In this document: piece after piece, positions 39,556-51,714 of the stretch | Layout of the letters: the number at the start of each line of letters is the position of its first letter | Position numbering within the stretch: position 1 is the first letter of the stretch | Position numbers and translations under genes: made by a program | Notes under the pieces: generated by a model | Databases searched by the model: none | What the model saw: the letters and a program-made list of their open reading frames with translations, nothing else | What the model was told of the DNA's origin: nothing | Assembly: GCA_963801605.1 (NCBI GenBank) | Contig: CAWDFP010000006.1 | Span: 64,001-128,000, forward strand | Direction: 5' to 3' | Length of the DNA stretch: 64,000 bases | DNA from: an uncultured candidate division Zixibacteria bacterium | GTDB lineage: Bacteria > Zixibacteria > MSB-5A5 > UBA10806

Positions 39556-42500
39556 TTATTTTAATAAAATCATCCTCTTAGTTGAAACGGCTCCGGATGT
39601 TTCCAGCCTATAGAAGTACAGCCCCGATGTTACAGTTTTGCCCAGATCATCAACGCCATTCCAGGTAATTTGATGTATCCCGGCGCCAAGGATTCCGTTT
39701 GCTCAATAACTTGATTCGCCGTCCCAATAGATCGTAAACAGCGAGATTAACATCCTGATCGGAAGGAAGTGAAAAAGAGATAACTGTACTGGCGTTGAAT
39801 GGATTGGGATAGTTCTGGGAAAGCTCGAAGGTGTTCGGTAGATCACCCTTATCGTTAATTCCCGTATCGAAGTGACCATAATAACCGGTGCGAGCCAAAT
39901 CTTTTCCGAAAACCGGCCAGGGGAAAATCTGGTTGGGCAGATCGGTCCTGTAATCTATGACGTCGAGATTATTGCCCGAGGTCTTAACGCCGACGACGAT
40001 TTCGCAATGGTTATCACCATCAAAATCGCTTAGCGCGGCGGCAGCAGAAATCGGTCCGCCAATACTGGCAGCCATCGGAAAGTTGCGTAACATCTGTCCG
40101 TGATGATTGACCGCATAAATGACGCCATCATAAGCACCAAAGACGATATCGGGGAAACCGTCACCGTCAACGTCACCCTCAACAGGTGAGGCGGTGATCA
40201 TAGCTCCAGCCTGAACAGGGAAACCTTCCTGCGGTTGGCCGTTGGCGCGAAAAACGTAAAGACGGGAATCGTTACATCCGACGGCTATTTCGAGATGCCC
40301 GTCATTGTCGATATCGCATAGAGACGGCGATGATGCCAGGGCTCCTCCCGCCATTGCCGGCCATCCGGGCATGGTCGCGCCATTGTAGTCGAGGGCGTAG
40401 AGGCTTCCGGCAGTCGTGCCAACGATCACATTGAGATGGCCATCACCATCGATATCAGCCACACACGGGGTGGTTTTAATTTGCCCGCCAATCCTTCTGG
40501 GAAATCCTGCGACCTCGCTCTTGTCAGCGTTCAAGGCGTGAACTGTTGAATCCATATCGCCGTAGATAACTTCGGGCAGGCCGTCAGCATCGAGATCTGC
40601 CAAAGCCACTGAACCCATAATATTGCCAGTACCCTGGAATGGCCAGGTTTCAAGATCGGCGCCGGTATTGGTTATGACGTAAATCCGCCTGGTGGCAAAC
40701 ATGCCAACCACGATCTCCAGCAGCGAATCGCCATTGATATCTCCAAGGACAGGAGTCGAAAAGGTGAGGGTACCGCAATTGCGCGGGAAATTTGGCAGGG
40801 TGTTACCATCGGGGCCCCAGGCATAAATATTGCCGTCACGGGACATCCCAACGATATCGAGATTGCCGTTATGGCCTAAATCGCCTGCGGCCGCGCCGCC
40901 GGGCGTTTCGCTGGTAACCGCCCTGGGCCATCCAGGTGTGATTGAACCGTTGGCTTCGAAGGAATAATAGTTGGCATTGCTGGCACTTATCAAAATTTCC
41001 CTGGCGCCATCAGCGTCGGTATCAACAATAAGCGGAGGGGAATCAATATTGCCGGGAGTATTAGCGGGGAATCCAGCTTGTTCCAAGGTTACGTCAACAT
41101 TCAAAGTAATAGTGGTATGATAACTGGTGTTGGACGTAAGATAGAGCGTAAAAGTATGGCTGCCCATACTGACATCGGAATTAACTCTGACGTCAAAAGG
41201 ATTGGATGTATTATTACCGGTGCCTGTCGGGCCGGAGATATTGCCAAAATCGGCAATTGAATCGAGGACGGTAAATTGGCCGTCAGAACGAAGCGTACCG
41301 ACTACGTTCGTAGCATTTGACCATATATTGGCCAGATCAACTACCAGCGAAAATCTTTCATTGGGATTGAGCCTGCCATCGCCGTCATCCTCGGTCAAAG
41401 TCAAAGTGCTATCGATCATTTTAAGACGGGGATAAATGTATCGTCCCACGGCGGCGGCGGCATTAACTCTGCCAGCGCCCATCATACCGCGTCGAGTTGG
41501 GTTGAGGTAATCGATTGTATCGGCAGTGGCGGTTAATCTGGTACGAACCTGATCTACCGTAAATGTTGGATTAGCGGCCCGAATAAGGCAGACGACGCCT
41601 GCGGTTATAGGAGATGCCATGGAAGTGCCGTCAAGCGCAGTATAGCTATTATGATCCCAGGTGGAATTGACGCCCTCGCCGGGCGCCGAAACGGTGATCC
41701 AGTTTCCATAGTTGGAAAATGATGCCAATTGGTCGGTGGAGCCAACGGCGGCTACCGCTATAACGTGGGCATAACCGGCCGGGTAAAATCTCGTCGATAC
41801 TCCGTCATTACCGGCGGCTCCGACTATTACCACTCCGGCATTATAAGCAGCCGTAATAATATTCTGTTCATATTGAGAAAAGTAGCTGCTTCCCCAGCTT
41901 AAATTTATGACCGTGGCGCCGTTGTCGGCAGCGTAGGTGATGCCGACAAATCCGTTATAAATATGTTCGGGGTCGTTATCCCTGGCGACTTTAACCGCCA
42001 TAAGCCTCGCGCCCCAGGCAACAGCAGCTCCCCCCTGGCCATTATCGCAAGCCATACTGGCGCATCCGGCCACATGGGTCCCGTGAGTGGGAACCGGCTC
42101 GAATGGAATAGGATCGTTTTGAGCGATATCATATCCGACAACGTCATCAATATAATCGTTACCGTCATCGTCAATGCCATTAATGTCGGTTCTGTGTAAA
42201 TCGTCCGTCGCCGTCGATATCCTCACCGCGATTGATCCACATATTGGGCTCAAGGTCAGGGTGATCGTAATATACACCGGAATCCACGATACCCAGGACC
42301 GGACGGCTGGTGGAATCGCCTCGAATAAAATCCCAAGCCAGGTAAGCCTCAGTGGTTCTCAATTGATACCAGGAGCCGATGAGCGGATCGTTAGGAACAT
42401 AAGTCAAATGCTGCATGCGATAAGGCTCTGAGGTTTCGATATGGGAATCGCCGGCAAAAGCGGTAATTGCCGAACTCAGATTACCGCCGTTACCCACGGT

Positions 42501-42797
42501 GACTACATAAAGACGCTTGACGACGTCGCGCAGGATTTCGTTTTTTATCCGAGCAGGGTAAAATTCTTCGACGGCCGTAATATTTTCTCTCGAAATAATC
42601 TGATCTATAGTGGCATAGCCGGTGGTGGTGTTAATTTGCCTGGCATTGTCAAATGGAGTCAATACGACGCCCTTTTGAACAGAGATAACAAATTGATCGA
42701 CTCGGTAATCGACTCCGGGGACTCCCTCCAATGCCGAAGCACAGGGGGCGAGGATCGCCAGCGTCAACAGAGAAATAAATAGGGAATACAACTTCAT
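39556..42797 (-). CDS. Secreted S8 peptidase with FG-GAP-like repeats and C-terminal domain (frameshifts near 42190 and 39700)
   Basis: 'IVDSG','HGTHVAG','GTSMASP', repeats GD(I/L)DxDG..EI / G(W/F)P, 'QNYPNPFN'. The shifted frame ends 'TKRMILLK*' at 39556. Confidence 0.88.
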
Positions 42798-43031
42798 ACC
42801 GTTTCTCCCTGATAATTCCAATTAATTAAAAACTAAAGACATATAATCTTAGCGCGATCTTTGGTGTAACAAGATCTGGGTCCACATCTCATTTCCCGGC
42901 ATTGATTGCCCGCACACCTAAGATTAAGAAAGTATGAGGTTAATTGTCAAGCAAAATACGACTTTTTACCCCTCTTAAAAAAAGCCAAAAAGACTATGAT
43001 GGGCCAGCTAAAAGACTTTCGTTTTTCGCAC

Positions 43032-43065
43032 AAAAAAAACCGCCCGAGAATTGGGACTCGGGCGG
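43032..43065 (-). terminator. Rho-independent terminator
   Basis: CCGCCCGAG/CTCGGGCGG stem with a T8 tail on the minus strand. Confidence 0.85.
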
Positions 43066-43094
43066 GAATAAATCTGTTAACCAAGTGTATAATC

Positions 43095-46000
43095 CTACTT
43101 AAGCATAACCATACGCTTAATAAGAGTACCCTCACCACTATCCAGACGGTAGAAGTAAACGCCCGATGTGACCGTAGCGCCTGATTCATCGGTGCCGTTC
43201 CACGTAAAGGTATGCTCACCAGCGGATATCCGTCCAGACTGAAGGAGCTTGACTCTCCGGCCAAGGATATCGAATATCGTTAAGTTGGCTTCGCCATCAT
43301 TCTGCAGCGCAAAGCTGATGTTAGTGGAGGCATTGAACGGGTTCGGGTAGTTTTGCTGAAGATCGAAGGCAACGGGCATGGCAGGTTGTTCGGAAACACC
43401 CACTAATGCGGTCTGGGCGTTATTAGTGCGATACCAATCACGTCCGAAATTCGGCCATTTGAGGTCTCCCACTAAAGCTTGTACTCTATAATCGTAGACT
43501 ACGAGGTTGGCGCCGGTAGCCTTGATTGGCACTACAATCTCCATACGGCCGTCGTGATCGAGATCGCCTAAAGCGACGGTGCCGGCAATTTGACGTGAGC
43601 TTGAGCCGAGAATCGGGAAATTACCAAGCGTCGCGCCAGTTCTATCGACACCATAGAGATTACCGCCAGTGGTGCCCACGACGATATCGGGTAAGCGATC
43701 CCCGGTAATATCGCCGACTACGGGGGTCCCAAAGACGCTATTTCCGACTGCGACTGGGAATCCGGTTAGATCGGTTCCATCGATTTTGAGGGCCCGCAAA
43801 TTGCCGTCGGAAGTGCCGAAAATAATCTCAAGATTGTTATCATTATTGAGATCGACCAATGCTGGGGTCGAACGCAACGAAGTGGAATAGCTCACGGGGA
43901 AACCGGTCATTATCTGACCGAGGTGATCTATGAGATAAACTTTACCCGGCGAATAAGTCGCTACAACGATTTCCAGGTGAGTATCGTTGTTAAGATCACC
44001 CACGGACGGTGCACACCAAACCTGCCCGGCCAGACGCACCGGGAAGCCTGCTACTTCGCTGCCATCAGCATTCCAAACATGAAGAGTGGAATCAAAACCT
44101 GCATAAATTATTTCGGGAAGTCCGTCTTCATCGATATCACCGGCGGAGGCGGAACCATACCATTTATTTATCGCAGCAGAAGGCCAACCAGCCAAGTCGC
44201 TGCCATCGGATTTAACGACATAAACCTTATTATCCGAGAATGAACCGGCGATAATTTCCAGATTCTGATCGCCATTAATGTCGGCTAAAAGCGCTCCGGA
44301 ATAGAATGTGCCGTTTTTACTCACGGGGAAATTGGTAACGGCGGCTCCGTTGGCATGCCAGGCGTAAAATTTACCATCTTTGCTGACTTCGACAATTTCG
44401 TTTGAGCCATCATGATCGATATCGCCAATGGCCGGACCGGTGATAGGATCTCCGGTAACGGCTTGAGGCCAGCCGGCGCTATTTGTGCCATTTGGCTCGA
44501 TGGCATAGACGTTACGGTCGTTAGCCGAGAACACGAGTTCGTTGTCTCCATCACGATCAAAATCGAAGATGATCGGGCTTGATTCGATATTTCCGGGAAT
44601 ATCCATCGGAAAACCGATCTGATCCATAGAGACGGTAACGGTAATGGTATCATCCTTGGAATAAGTTGAATCGGCGGCGATGTGTATCATTATGGGCTGG
44701 ATGCCGGGAACTAAATCCCGGTGCGCGGTGAGAAGAAGGGGATCGCCGGTATTAGTAGACTGCTGATTATGCAGAATATTGCCAAACGAAGCTGTGGAAT
44801 CGGTGATATCGAATCCGGCGCTCCTGATGGTAACGTTAACGTTATTAGCATCGGCCCACATATTGCCAAGAGTAAGAGTCAGATTGAAAGATTCACCGGG
44901 ATTGATCTTGCCATCGCCATCATCATTGGTGATAGTCGCCCAGCTTGAATCGACTGTAATGTTCGGGAAGGAGGACGAACCAAGGGCGGTGAATGCGTTT
45001 ATGCGGCCGCTGCCAAGCTGTCCAACATAGGATGGATTGAGGGCGTCGATATTATCGGTGGTGTTGACAATGCAATCGACGATATCCTGATTGGTCCAGC
45101 CGGGATGAGCAGCTCTGAGCAGAGCGGCGAGGCCGGCGGTTATGGGGGAAGCCATCGAGGTGCCATCGAGGCTCATCATGGCATTCGAGCTCCAGGTTGA
45201 ATAAACGCCCACGCCCGGCGCGCTGACATCAACCCAGGTTCCATAACTGGAGAAATCCGGTTTATGATCGGTGCTATTTAGAGCCGCCACGGAAAGCACA
45301 TTATTGTATGCGCCGGGATAGATACGCGTACTATTATAGTTGTTGCCGGCGGCAGCGACTATAACCACGCCAGAACCCCAAATGGTGTTGACGATATTTT
45401 GATAGCCCTGGTTGAAGGTCGTTGATCCCCAGGAACAATTAATGATATTGGTATAATTATCGGCGGCGTAGGTCATGCCCTGGTAAACTGTCGTAAGGGT
45501 GTCATGCCTGGCGCCTTTGACTGCCATGATACGGGCCTTGAAACCAATTCCAGCGCCGTTAAGGTTGTTATCGGTTGCTTCGGATGCGCATCCGGAAACG
45601 TGAGTGCCATGAATCGGGGCATCTTCCCTGGGATCACGATCATTGAATCCAAGGTCCCAACCAATGACATCGTCTATATAACCGTTGCCATCGTCATCAA
45701 CGCCGTTGATATCGCCGGTATCCATAGTACCGTTAGCATTGATATCCTCCGCCTCGTTAACCCACATATTGGGAGCTAAATCGGGATGGGCCCAATACAC
45801 ACCGGTATCGACTATACTGACAATGGCAGTGCGGGTGGTATCGCCGCGAAATAGATCCCAGGCCTCATAAGCATGGATTCTGGTGAGGTGCCATTGACTG
45901 GTACGCTGAGGATCGTTGGGAAAATAGAAAAGCTGAGGAATGTCGTAGCTATCGGAGCATTCGACATCGGGGCTGGTTCTGAAGGCGTCACGGGCAGCCA

Positions 46001-46328
46001 GCACATCGGTGCCAGGCGCTACATGGAAGATATACATCCTTGTAACCAGGTCCCGTAGTGCCTCGTTTCTAACAGGCGCCGGATACCAGGGTTCAATTTG
46101 GGTAACGTTTTGCAGATAGCAAAGATTATCTATCGAAGGGATTCCTGAAAGCGCCCGGCCCGAGGAAGCTTTGCCAATCTCCAATGGCGCCACTCCAGTA
46201 TAGGTCGTGACGATAAAGCAATCAGCAAGGTACTGACTGCCGTCAGGCCTGGAGGCGATTTGCAAATCGGCCGCCATGAGAGATGCCGGAATCAAGCATA
46301 ATACCGCCAAAACTATTAATTTTTTCAT
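43095..46328 (-). CDS. Secreted S8 peptidase with FG-GAP-like repeats and C-terminal domain
   Basis: 'IVDTG','HGTHVSG','GTSMASP', repeated GD(I/L)xxDG..EI, 'QNYPNPFN...SGVYFYRL...KRMVMLK'. Confidence 0.93.
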   Translation of the reverse strand: MKKLIVLAVLCLIPASLMAADLQIASRPDGSQYLADCFIVTTYTGVAPLEIGKASSGRALSGIPSIDNLCYLQNVTQIEPWYPAPVRNEALRDLVTRMYIFHVAPGTDVLAARDAFRTSPDVECSDSYDIPQLFYFPNDPQRTSQWHLTRIHAYEAWDLFRGDTTRTAIVSIVDTGVYWAHPDLAPNMWVNEAEDINANGTMDTGDINGVDDDGNGYIDDVIGWDLGFNDRDPREDAPIHGTHVSGCASEATDNNLNGAGIGFKARIMAVKGARHDTLTTVYQGMTYAADNYTNIINCSWGSTTFNQGYQNIVNTIWGSGVVIVAAAGNNYNSTRIYPGAYNNVLSVAALNSTDHKPDFSSYGTWVDVSAPGVGVYSTWSSNAMMSLDGTSMASPITAGLAALLRAAHPGWTNQDIVDCIVNTTDNIDALNPSYVGQLGSGRINAFTALGSSSFPNITVDSSWATITNDDGDGKINPGESFNLTLTLGNMWADANNVNVTIRSAGFDITDSTASFGNILHNQQSTNTGDPLLLTAHRDLVPGIQPIMIHIAADSTYSKDDTITVTVSMDQIGFPMDIPGNIESSPIIFDFDRDGDNELVFSANDRNVYAIEPNGTNSAGWPQAVTGDPITGPAIGDIDHDGSNEIVEVSKDGKFYAWHANGAAVTNFPVSKNGTFYSGALLADINGDQNLEIIAGSFSDNKVYVVKSDGSDLAGWPSAAINKWYGSASAGDIDEDGLPEIIYAGFDSTLHVWNADGSEVAGFPVRLAGQVWCAPSVGDLNNDTHLEIVVATYSPGKVYLIDHLGQIMTGFPVSYSTSLRSTPALVDLNNDNNLEIIFGTSDGNLRALKIDGTDLTGFPVAVGNSVFGTPVVGDITGDRLPDIVVGTTGGNLYGVDRTGATLGNFPILGSSSRQIAGTVALGDLDHDGRMEIVVPIKATGANLVVYDYRVQALVGDLKWPNFGRDWYRTNNAQTALVGVSEQPAMPVAFDLQQNYPNPFNASTNISFALQNDGEANLTIFDILGRRVKLLQSGRISAGEHTFTWNGTDESGATVTSGVYFYRLDSGEGTLIKRMVMLK

Positions 46329-46553
46329 CAAGGGCTCCTCTTTAGTTCTATTTTAAGATTAACTTTAAACGGCTTTCCGGGTCAATAAGCATAATGGGAA
46401 ATAATTAATACACATTCCATGTTAAAATCAAGTAAAAATACTTTTTAATCAATTTATAGATAGGCATTACTGCTTTCACGATCAGACGATAGAGATAAGG
46501 CCATAAATACAAACATCTTGCACAATCGCCTCATCTGTTTTATCATCTTAAGA

Positions 46554-48863
46554 ATGAAACGCTTGAATTCCAAAGAGATCTGGGCTATAGGGATCTTCTG
46601 CCTGGCGTTATTGGTGCGGTTGATTTACTTCTTTCAGGTAAAAGCAAATTTCCCCGGATGGGATACCCCAACCATCGACCCGCTCTATCATGATCTCTGG
46701 GCCAAACAGATTGCCGGGGGAGATTTACTCGGCTCCGGTCCCTTCTTTAGAGCGCCATTTTATGCCTATTTTTTGGGACTGATATACGCTATTTTTGGGC
46801 CATCGCTTACAATTGCAAAAATTATCCAGCATATAATCGGCGCGGCTGGATGCTCGCTCCTTTTTCTTTTCGCCGATAAATATTTTAACCGTAAAATTGC
46901 CGTTACCGCCGGATTAATTGCGGCACTTAACTGGGTATTCATTTACCACGAAGATGAACTTCTGCTCGATTCGCTGTTGGTGGTTTTTGGGGTAATCCTG
47001 GTTTGGTCGCTTTTCAGAGCCGCCGAGAAACCATCCAATAAAAACTTTTTATATTCGGGCCTGATATTGGGGCTAACATGTATTACTCGTCCCAATTACT
47101 TAGCATTTTTACCGGTGATACTTCTATGGCTTGTTATGATTTTCAAAGGCGAAGCACTGCGAGCAGCCAAGAGCTTTCTTTGGGTATTATTGGGAACGGC
47201 AATACTTATCTTTCCGGTGGCGCTTCGAAATTTGGTGGTGGGACATGATGCCGTTCTGATCGCGTCGCAAGGCGGAATTAACTTTTATATCGGAAATAAC
47301 TCCCGCGCTGATGGCGCCAGCGCGACTATACCGGAGTTTGGCCCCACCTGGCAATATTCCGATGCTGAATTTCTGGCCAGAAAAGAAAGCGGCAAGCTGA
47401 ATTCGGAGATGAAACAATCGGAGGTATCGTCGTTTTATTACAGCAAAGGTCTCAAGTATATTATCGGAAATCCCGTAGCCTGGCTGGGACTGACTATTAA
47501 GAAACTCGATTATTTTTGGAATACGTTTGAAATTTCGAACAATCAGGACCTTTATTTTTACCGTCGCTTCGCCTGGATTACCAGGATTTTGCCGTCACTA
47601 TTTTTTATAATTTCCCCTCTTTCTTTAATCGGGTTGGCGTTGATATTCAGACACGAAAGAAAATATCATATCATTCCGTATTTCGTGATCGTTTATATGC
47701 TGACGGTGGTGGCGTTTTTCGTCAACAGCCGTTTCAGGCTTCCGGTGCTTCCATTCCTGATACTACTGGCCAGTTTCGCTTTTTGGAAAGGAGTGGAGTT
47801 TATTCGAACGCGGGACAGAAAACAGATTATCGTAATGGCTGTATCGTTGGTTCTGCTGATACCGCTGACCAATATCGATTTTTACGGCATTTCAAATGAG
47901 TCGTTTGCGATGTCGTATTTTTCGCTTGGCAATGTTTATCTGAAAAAAGGTCTGACCGATAAAGCGCTGGCCGAATACGATACCGCCTTGAGTATGGCTC
48001 CCTGCGTACCAAAAGCGCATCTCAATCGCGGGGTTATCTATTTTGGACAGGGAGATTGCAGGCAGGCCGAAAAGGAATTCTGGCTGGAATTGATCGCAAT
48101 GTCATTCATCACCTGAGGCCGATAATAATCTCTCGGTACTTTACAGGCTGGAGGGATATTTCGAAACCCTCGCTTGATCACGCGCAGAAAGCAGTTTTTG
48201 AAAAACCTCAGTATCTCGAAGCTTATATCAATGTGATTCTGGCTTATAGAGCGTTGAACGATAATAACAGCGCCAAGGCAGTGGCTGACACGCTGACTTC
48301 ATTTTATCCGGATTATATGCCGGGACGATATTTCGAGGGCAAGATACTTTCCGAATACGGCCAAAATCGAAAAGGCGCGGGAGGAATTTGGCCGGGTGCT
48401 CCAAATGAAGCCTGCAGATATCGTGGAGAGATACGATTTATCGACGATATACACATCACAAGCGGGATATGGTTATAGCCCCGATAAAATTAAGGGATTG
48501 GCCAATTATGAGATGGGACTATTAGAAGTCAGAGCGGGAAGACCCGATTCGGCTTTGGTTTATTTCGGAGAGGCAACCAAGCTTCTCCCCCGATACGCCG
48601 ACGCCTGGATAAATCTGGCATTGGCCTACGATCATCAGAAGATGTACAAAGAGGCGATAGGCGCGTTTAAGACCGCCAGCGATCTCGATCCCGAAAATGC
48701 GTTGATATACTACGATGCCGGATTGACGTTGGGAAAGATTGGGAAGATCAGGGAAGCGGCGGATTTTTTCAGACAGGCGCTGGAATTGAAACCCGATTTC
48801 CCGGAAGCCAAAGAGAAGCTAAAATTATCGGAATCAATTTTGAATTCTACCGCTAAGAAGTAG
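46554..48863 (+). CDS. GT-C (PMT/ArnT-like) membrane glycosyltransferase with C-terminal TPRs, frameshifts near 48100 and 48380
   Basis: 'DPLYHD.WA','FFRAPFY..FLG','RPN','GGINFYIGNN','RFRLP', TPR repeats across three frames. Confidence 0.8.
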
Positions 48864-49850
48864 CTCCGCCGCCTCGATAATTTTTTCAGGCAATAATTCT
48901 TTCATACAGCGAAAATGACCCTGAGGGCATTCTTTGGAACCATGCCTGGTGCAGGGACGGCAATATAAATTCCCGATATCAATCACCCGGGATTTTTGGG
49001 AATAAGGCGCAAATCCAAATGACGGCACGGTGGGGCCAAAGATGGCGATTCCCGGAGTTCCCACAGCGGCGGCGATATGAGCCGGGGCGGAATCGTTGGT
49101 AATAGCAAGGATTGCTTTTGAGATGATGGCAGCCGAAAGCAGCAGATCGGTTTTGCCGGATAAATCGACAGGCGGATAAGTACACGATTTGGCAAGCTCG
49201 GCACAAAGAAAGCGATCATCCGGTCCGCCAAGAAGCACAATCGGCAGATTGAATCTTTCGCTTAAAAGGTCGATCAGTTTGCCATATTGGCTATATCGTT
49301 TGGTAAACCAAACCGAGCCCGGGGCCAGGGCGATGAATTTTCCCTTAACATTATTTAATTCAAGCCCCAGCTTAGCATCGCCAAGAGTTTTATCATCAAA
49401 ATATATTTTAGGACTGTATTTACCATCCTTATTATCTACGCCAACAAGATCGAGACAGCGCTCAACCTCGTGGATATTTTCACGATATATGACCCTGGTC
49501 GTATAAAGCAGATGGGCGCTTGAGTTATTGTATCCGATTCGTTTGGGAATTTTGGCGAAAACCGGAATAAGCGCAGAGCGCAGGTGACGTTGAACCAGGA
49601 TCGCCTGATTGAATCCCTTGAGCTTTGAGGCGACTCTCATGATTCCCGTCAGGCCTTTGTCAGCGCCATATTTATCGAATATAATGATTTCATCGATATA
49701 GGGATTGTTGCGAAGCAAACAAGCCGATTCCGGCCTAACGACCGCCGCGAGGTGACATCCGGGCTCACTATCTTTCAAAGCTTCATAGAGGGGAATTGAA
49801 AGGATAACATCACCCGGAAAAGCGGTCTGAATTATGGCGGTCCTGGTCAT
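48834..49850 (-). CDS. waaF: LPS heptosyltransferase II (GT9)
   Basis: 'QTAFPGDV','APGSVWFTKR','TNDSAPAHIAAA','FGPT','CRPC..HG...CP.GHF.CM'. Confidence 0.85.
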   Translation of the reverse strand: MTRTAIIQTAFPGDVILSIPLYEALKDSEPGCHLAAVVRPESACLLRNNPYIDEIIIFDKYGADKGLTGIMRVASKLKGFNQAILVQRHLRSALIPVFAKIPKRIGYNNSSAHLLYTTRVIYRENIHEVERCLDLVGVDNKDGKYSPKIYFDDKTLGDAKLGLELNNVKGKFIALAPGSVWFTKRYSQYGKLIDLLSERFNLPIVLLGGPDDRFLCAELAKSCTYPPVDLSGKTDLLLSAAIISKAILAITNDSAPAHIAAAVGTPGIAIFGPTVPSFGFAPYSQKSRVIDIGNLYCRPCTRHGSKECPQGHFRCMKELLPEKIIEAAELLLSGRIQN

Positions 49851-51412
49851 TTCTTTCTATTAAGGAGCGCTTTGAGATGGCCGAACTCTTCAACTTTCAA
49901 AATAGCGCAGATCGTAAAATAAATGATAACACAAGCCAGCGCCGAAAGGATTGTCGCGGCCGCTGAACCTTTAATACCTCCAAAACCATTGGCCCCCATG
50001 AAAAATCTTGAAACGCCATAAGCGCCAAAGCCCGCAACTGCTGACGCCATCAGAATGGTAATAGAGTATTTGGCCAAACCGAATTTGTCGGGGGTCGGGG
50101 CTTTACGATGCGAGTAAAAGTAGAGAAGCGAAAAGTTTACAATCGCCGCAATCGATGTTGCCAGCGCCAGGGCGGCGAATTTTAGAGCGTTGAGCAATAA
50201 CAAGCTTAAGATGATATTGGTTGCCACTGCCACCAGCGAAATAAGCACCGGAGTTCGAGTATCTTTGTAAGCATAGAATACCTGAGCTGTCACTCTCACC
50301 AAACCGAAAAATACCAGCCCGATTCCATAGGCCCGCAGGGCGAGAGAGACATCGATAGTATCTGTCCAGGTGAAGTGGCCGTGCTGATAAGCAAGCGCCA
50401 CTATCGCCTCCGCAGCTCCGAAAAAGTAAGCTACCGATGGCAGGAGCAGAAAGATAACCATCCTTGAGGAATACCGTTGGGCAGCGCCCACCCCGGTATG
50501 GTCTCCGGAGGAAACCAAATGGGACATCTCAGGAAGCGAGACTACGGCCAGCGCCACTCCAAAAATACCCAGCGGAAAATGAATAAGACGCAGGGCATAG
50601 TAGAGACTGGAAATGCTACCCGTTTCAAGATGGGATGCGATCCAGGTGCCCACTACGACATTGACCTGCCAGGCAGCGCCTCCCAGCGCAGCGGGTAAGA
50701 TTAACTTAAGGATTCGTCTGACTGCCTCGTCCTTGAACGGCAGCCGGAATTGGAACTTAAATCCCGCACGAATAAGCTGCGGCAGCTGAACGGCAAATTG
50801 GCCGAGCCCTCCTATAACAACTCCAACGGCCAATACCAGAATAGGCGGATTGAAGAACTGCGAAAAACATACCGCTATAATAATCGTGATAATATTGAAT
50901 GCCGCGGGAGCTACAGCAGGGATTCCGAATTTTCCCAGAGCATTGAGGGTTCCCATGCTGGCAACCGCCAACGCCACCAGCAGGAGGAACGGAAACATGA
51001 TCTGCGAAAGCTGAACTGTTAGATTGAGCTTGGCAGGATCGCCGGAAAAACCAGAAACATAAAGCTTCACGAAATATGGCGCCAGAATAATACCCAGGAC
51101 GACAATTGCGCCGACAACTACCACTAATATAGAGAGGACGGCTGAGGTCAGCTTAAATGCTTCATCTTTGCCGTCATTTTTCAGTTTTTCGATAAAGGTG
51201 GGCACATAGGCGGCTGAGAGGGCGCCCTCGGCGAAAAGATCACGCAAGAGGTTGGGGATACGGAAGGCGGCCACGAAAGCATCCATACTGCCGGAGGCTC
51301 CAAAGAGGGCCGCCAGGGTGGTTTCGCGCAGCAGGCCAGTCAGGCGCGAGATGATGGTGGCCAGGGAAAACCGGCCAGTTCTTCTGAGGAACGATGTTTT
51401 TTCGGTTGACAA
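49847..51412 (-). CDS. murJ: Lipid II flippase MurJ
   Basis: 'SRLTGLLRE','DAFVAAFRIPNLLRDLFAEGALSAAYVP','FYAYKDTRTPV'. Confidence 0.95.
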   Translation of the reverse strand: MSTEKTSFLRRTGRFSLATIISRLTGLLRETTLAALFGASGSMDAFVAAFRIPNLLRDLFAEGALSAAYVPTFIEKLKNDGKDEAFKLTSAVLSILVVVVGAIVVLGIILAPYFVKLYVSGFSGDPAKLNLTVQLSQIMFPFLLLVALAVASMGTLNALGKFGIPAVAPAAFNIITIIIAVCFSQFFNPPILVLAVGVVIGGLGQFAVQLPQLIRAGFKFQFRLPFKDEAVRRILKLILPAALGGAAWQVNVVVGTWIASHLETGSISSLYYALRLIHFPLGIFGVALAVVSLPEMSHLVSSGDHTGVGAAQRYSSRMVIFLLLPSVAYFFGAAEAIVALAYQHGHFTWTDTIDVSLALRAYGIGLVFFGLVRVTAQVFYAYKDTRTPVLISLVAVATNIILSLLLLNALKFAALALATSIAAIVNFSLLYFYSHRKAPTPDKFGLAKYSITILMASAVAGFGAYGVSRFFMGANGFGGIKGSAAATILSALACVIIYFTICAILKVEEFGHLKALLNRKK

Positions 51413-51463
51413 TGTTTACTGTGGAGTTATATTCGTTTTTTGAATATTTGAAAGGAGATTTAA

Positions 51464-51712
51464 TTGCCTACACACAAATCGGCGGCCAAGAGAATGAAGA
51501 CCGCGGAGAGAGACAGACTTAAAAATCGCACCACCAAGTCGAACTTGCGCAGCGCCATAAAGGATTTCAAAGACAGCAAGCCGGCGGATAAATCGGCGGC
51601 GCTCAAAGCAGTGTCCAGCAAGGCCGACACCGCGGCTCGCAAGCATGTCATTCATAAAAAGAAAGCTGCCCGGATTAAATCCAGGTTGGCCAAGAGTCTG
51701 AAAACCAAGTAA
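51464..51712 (+). CDS. rpsT: 30S ribosomal protein S20
   Basis: 'PTHKSAAKR','IHKKKAARIKSRL'. SD AAGGAG before a TTG start, divergent from murJ. Confidence 0.95.
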   Translation: MPTHKSAAKRMKTAERDRLKNRTTKSNLRSAIKDFKDSKPADKSAALKAVSSKADTAARKHVIHKKKAARIKSRLAKSLKTK

Positions 51713-51714
51713 GC

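Noticed and set aside
39900..44650. CRISPR-like or DNA tandem repeats
   Set aside because: The repetition is protein-level FG-GAP-like repeats with divergent codons. No fixed repeat-spacer array or cas genes are present.
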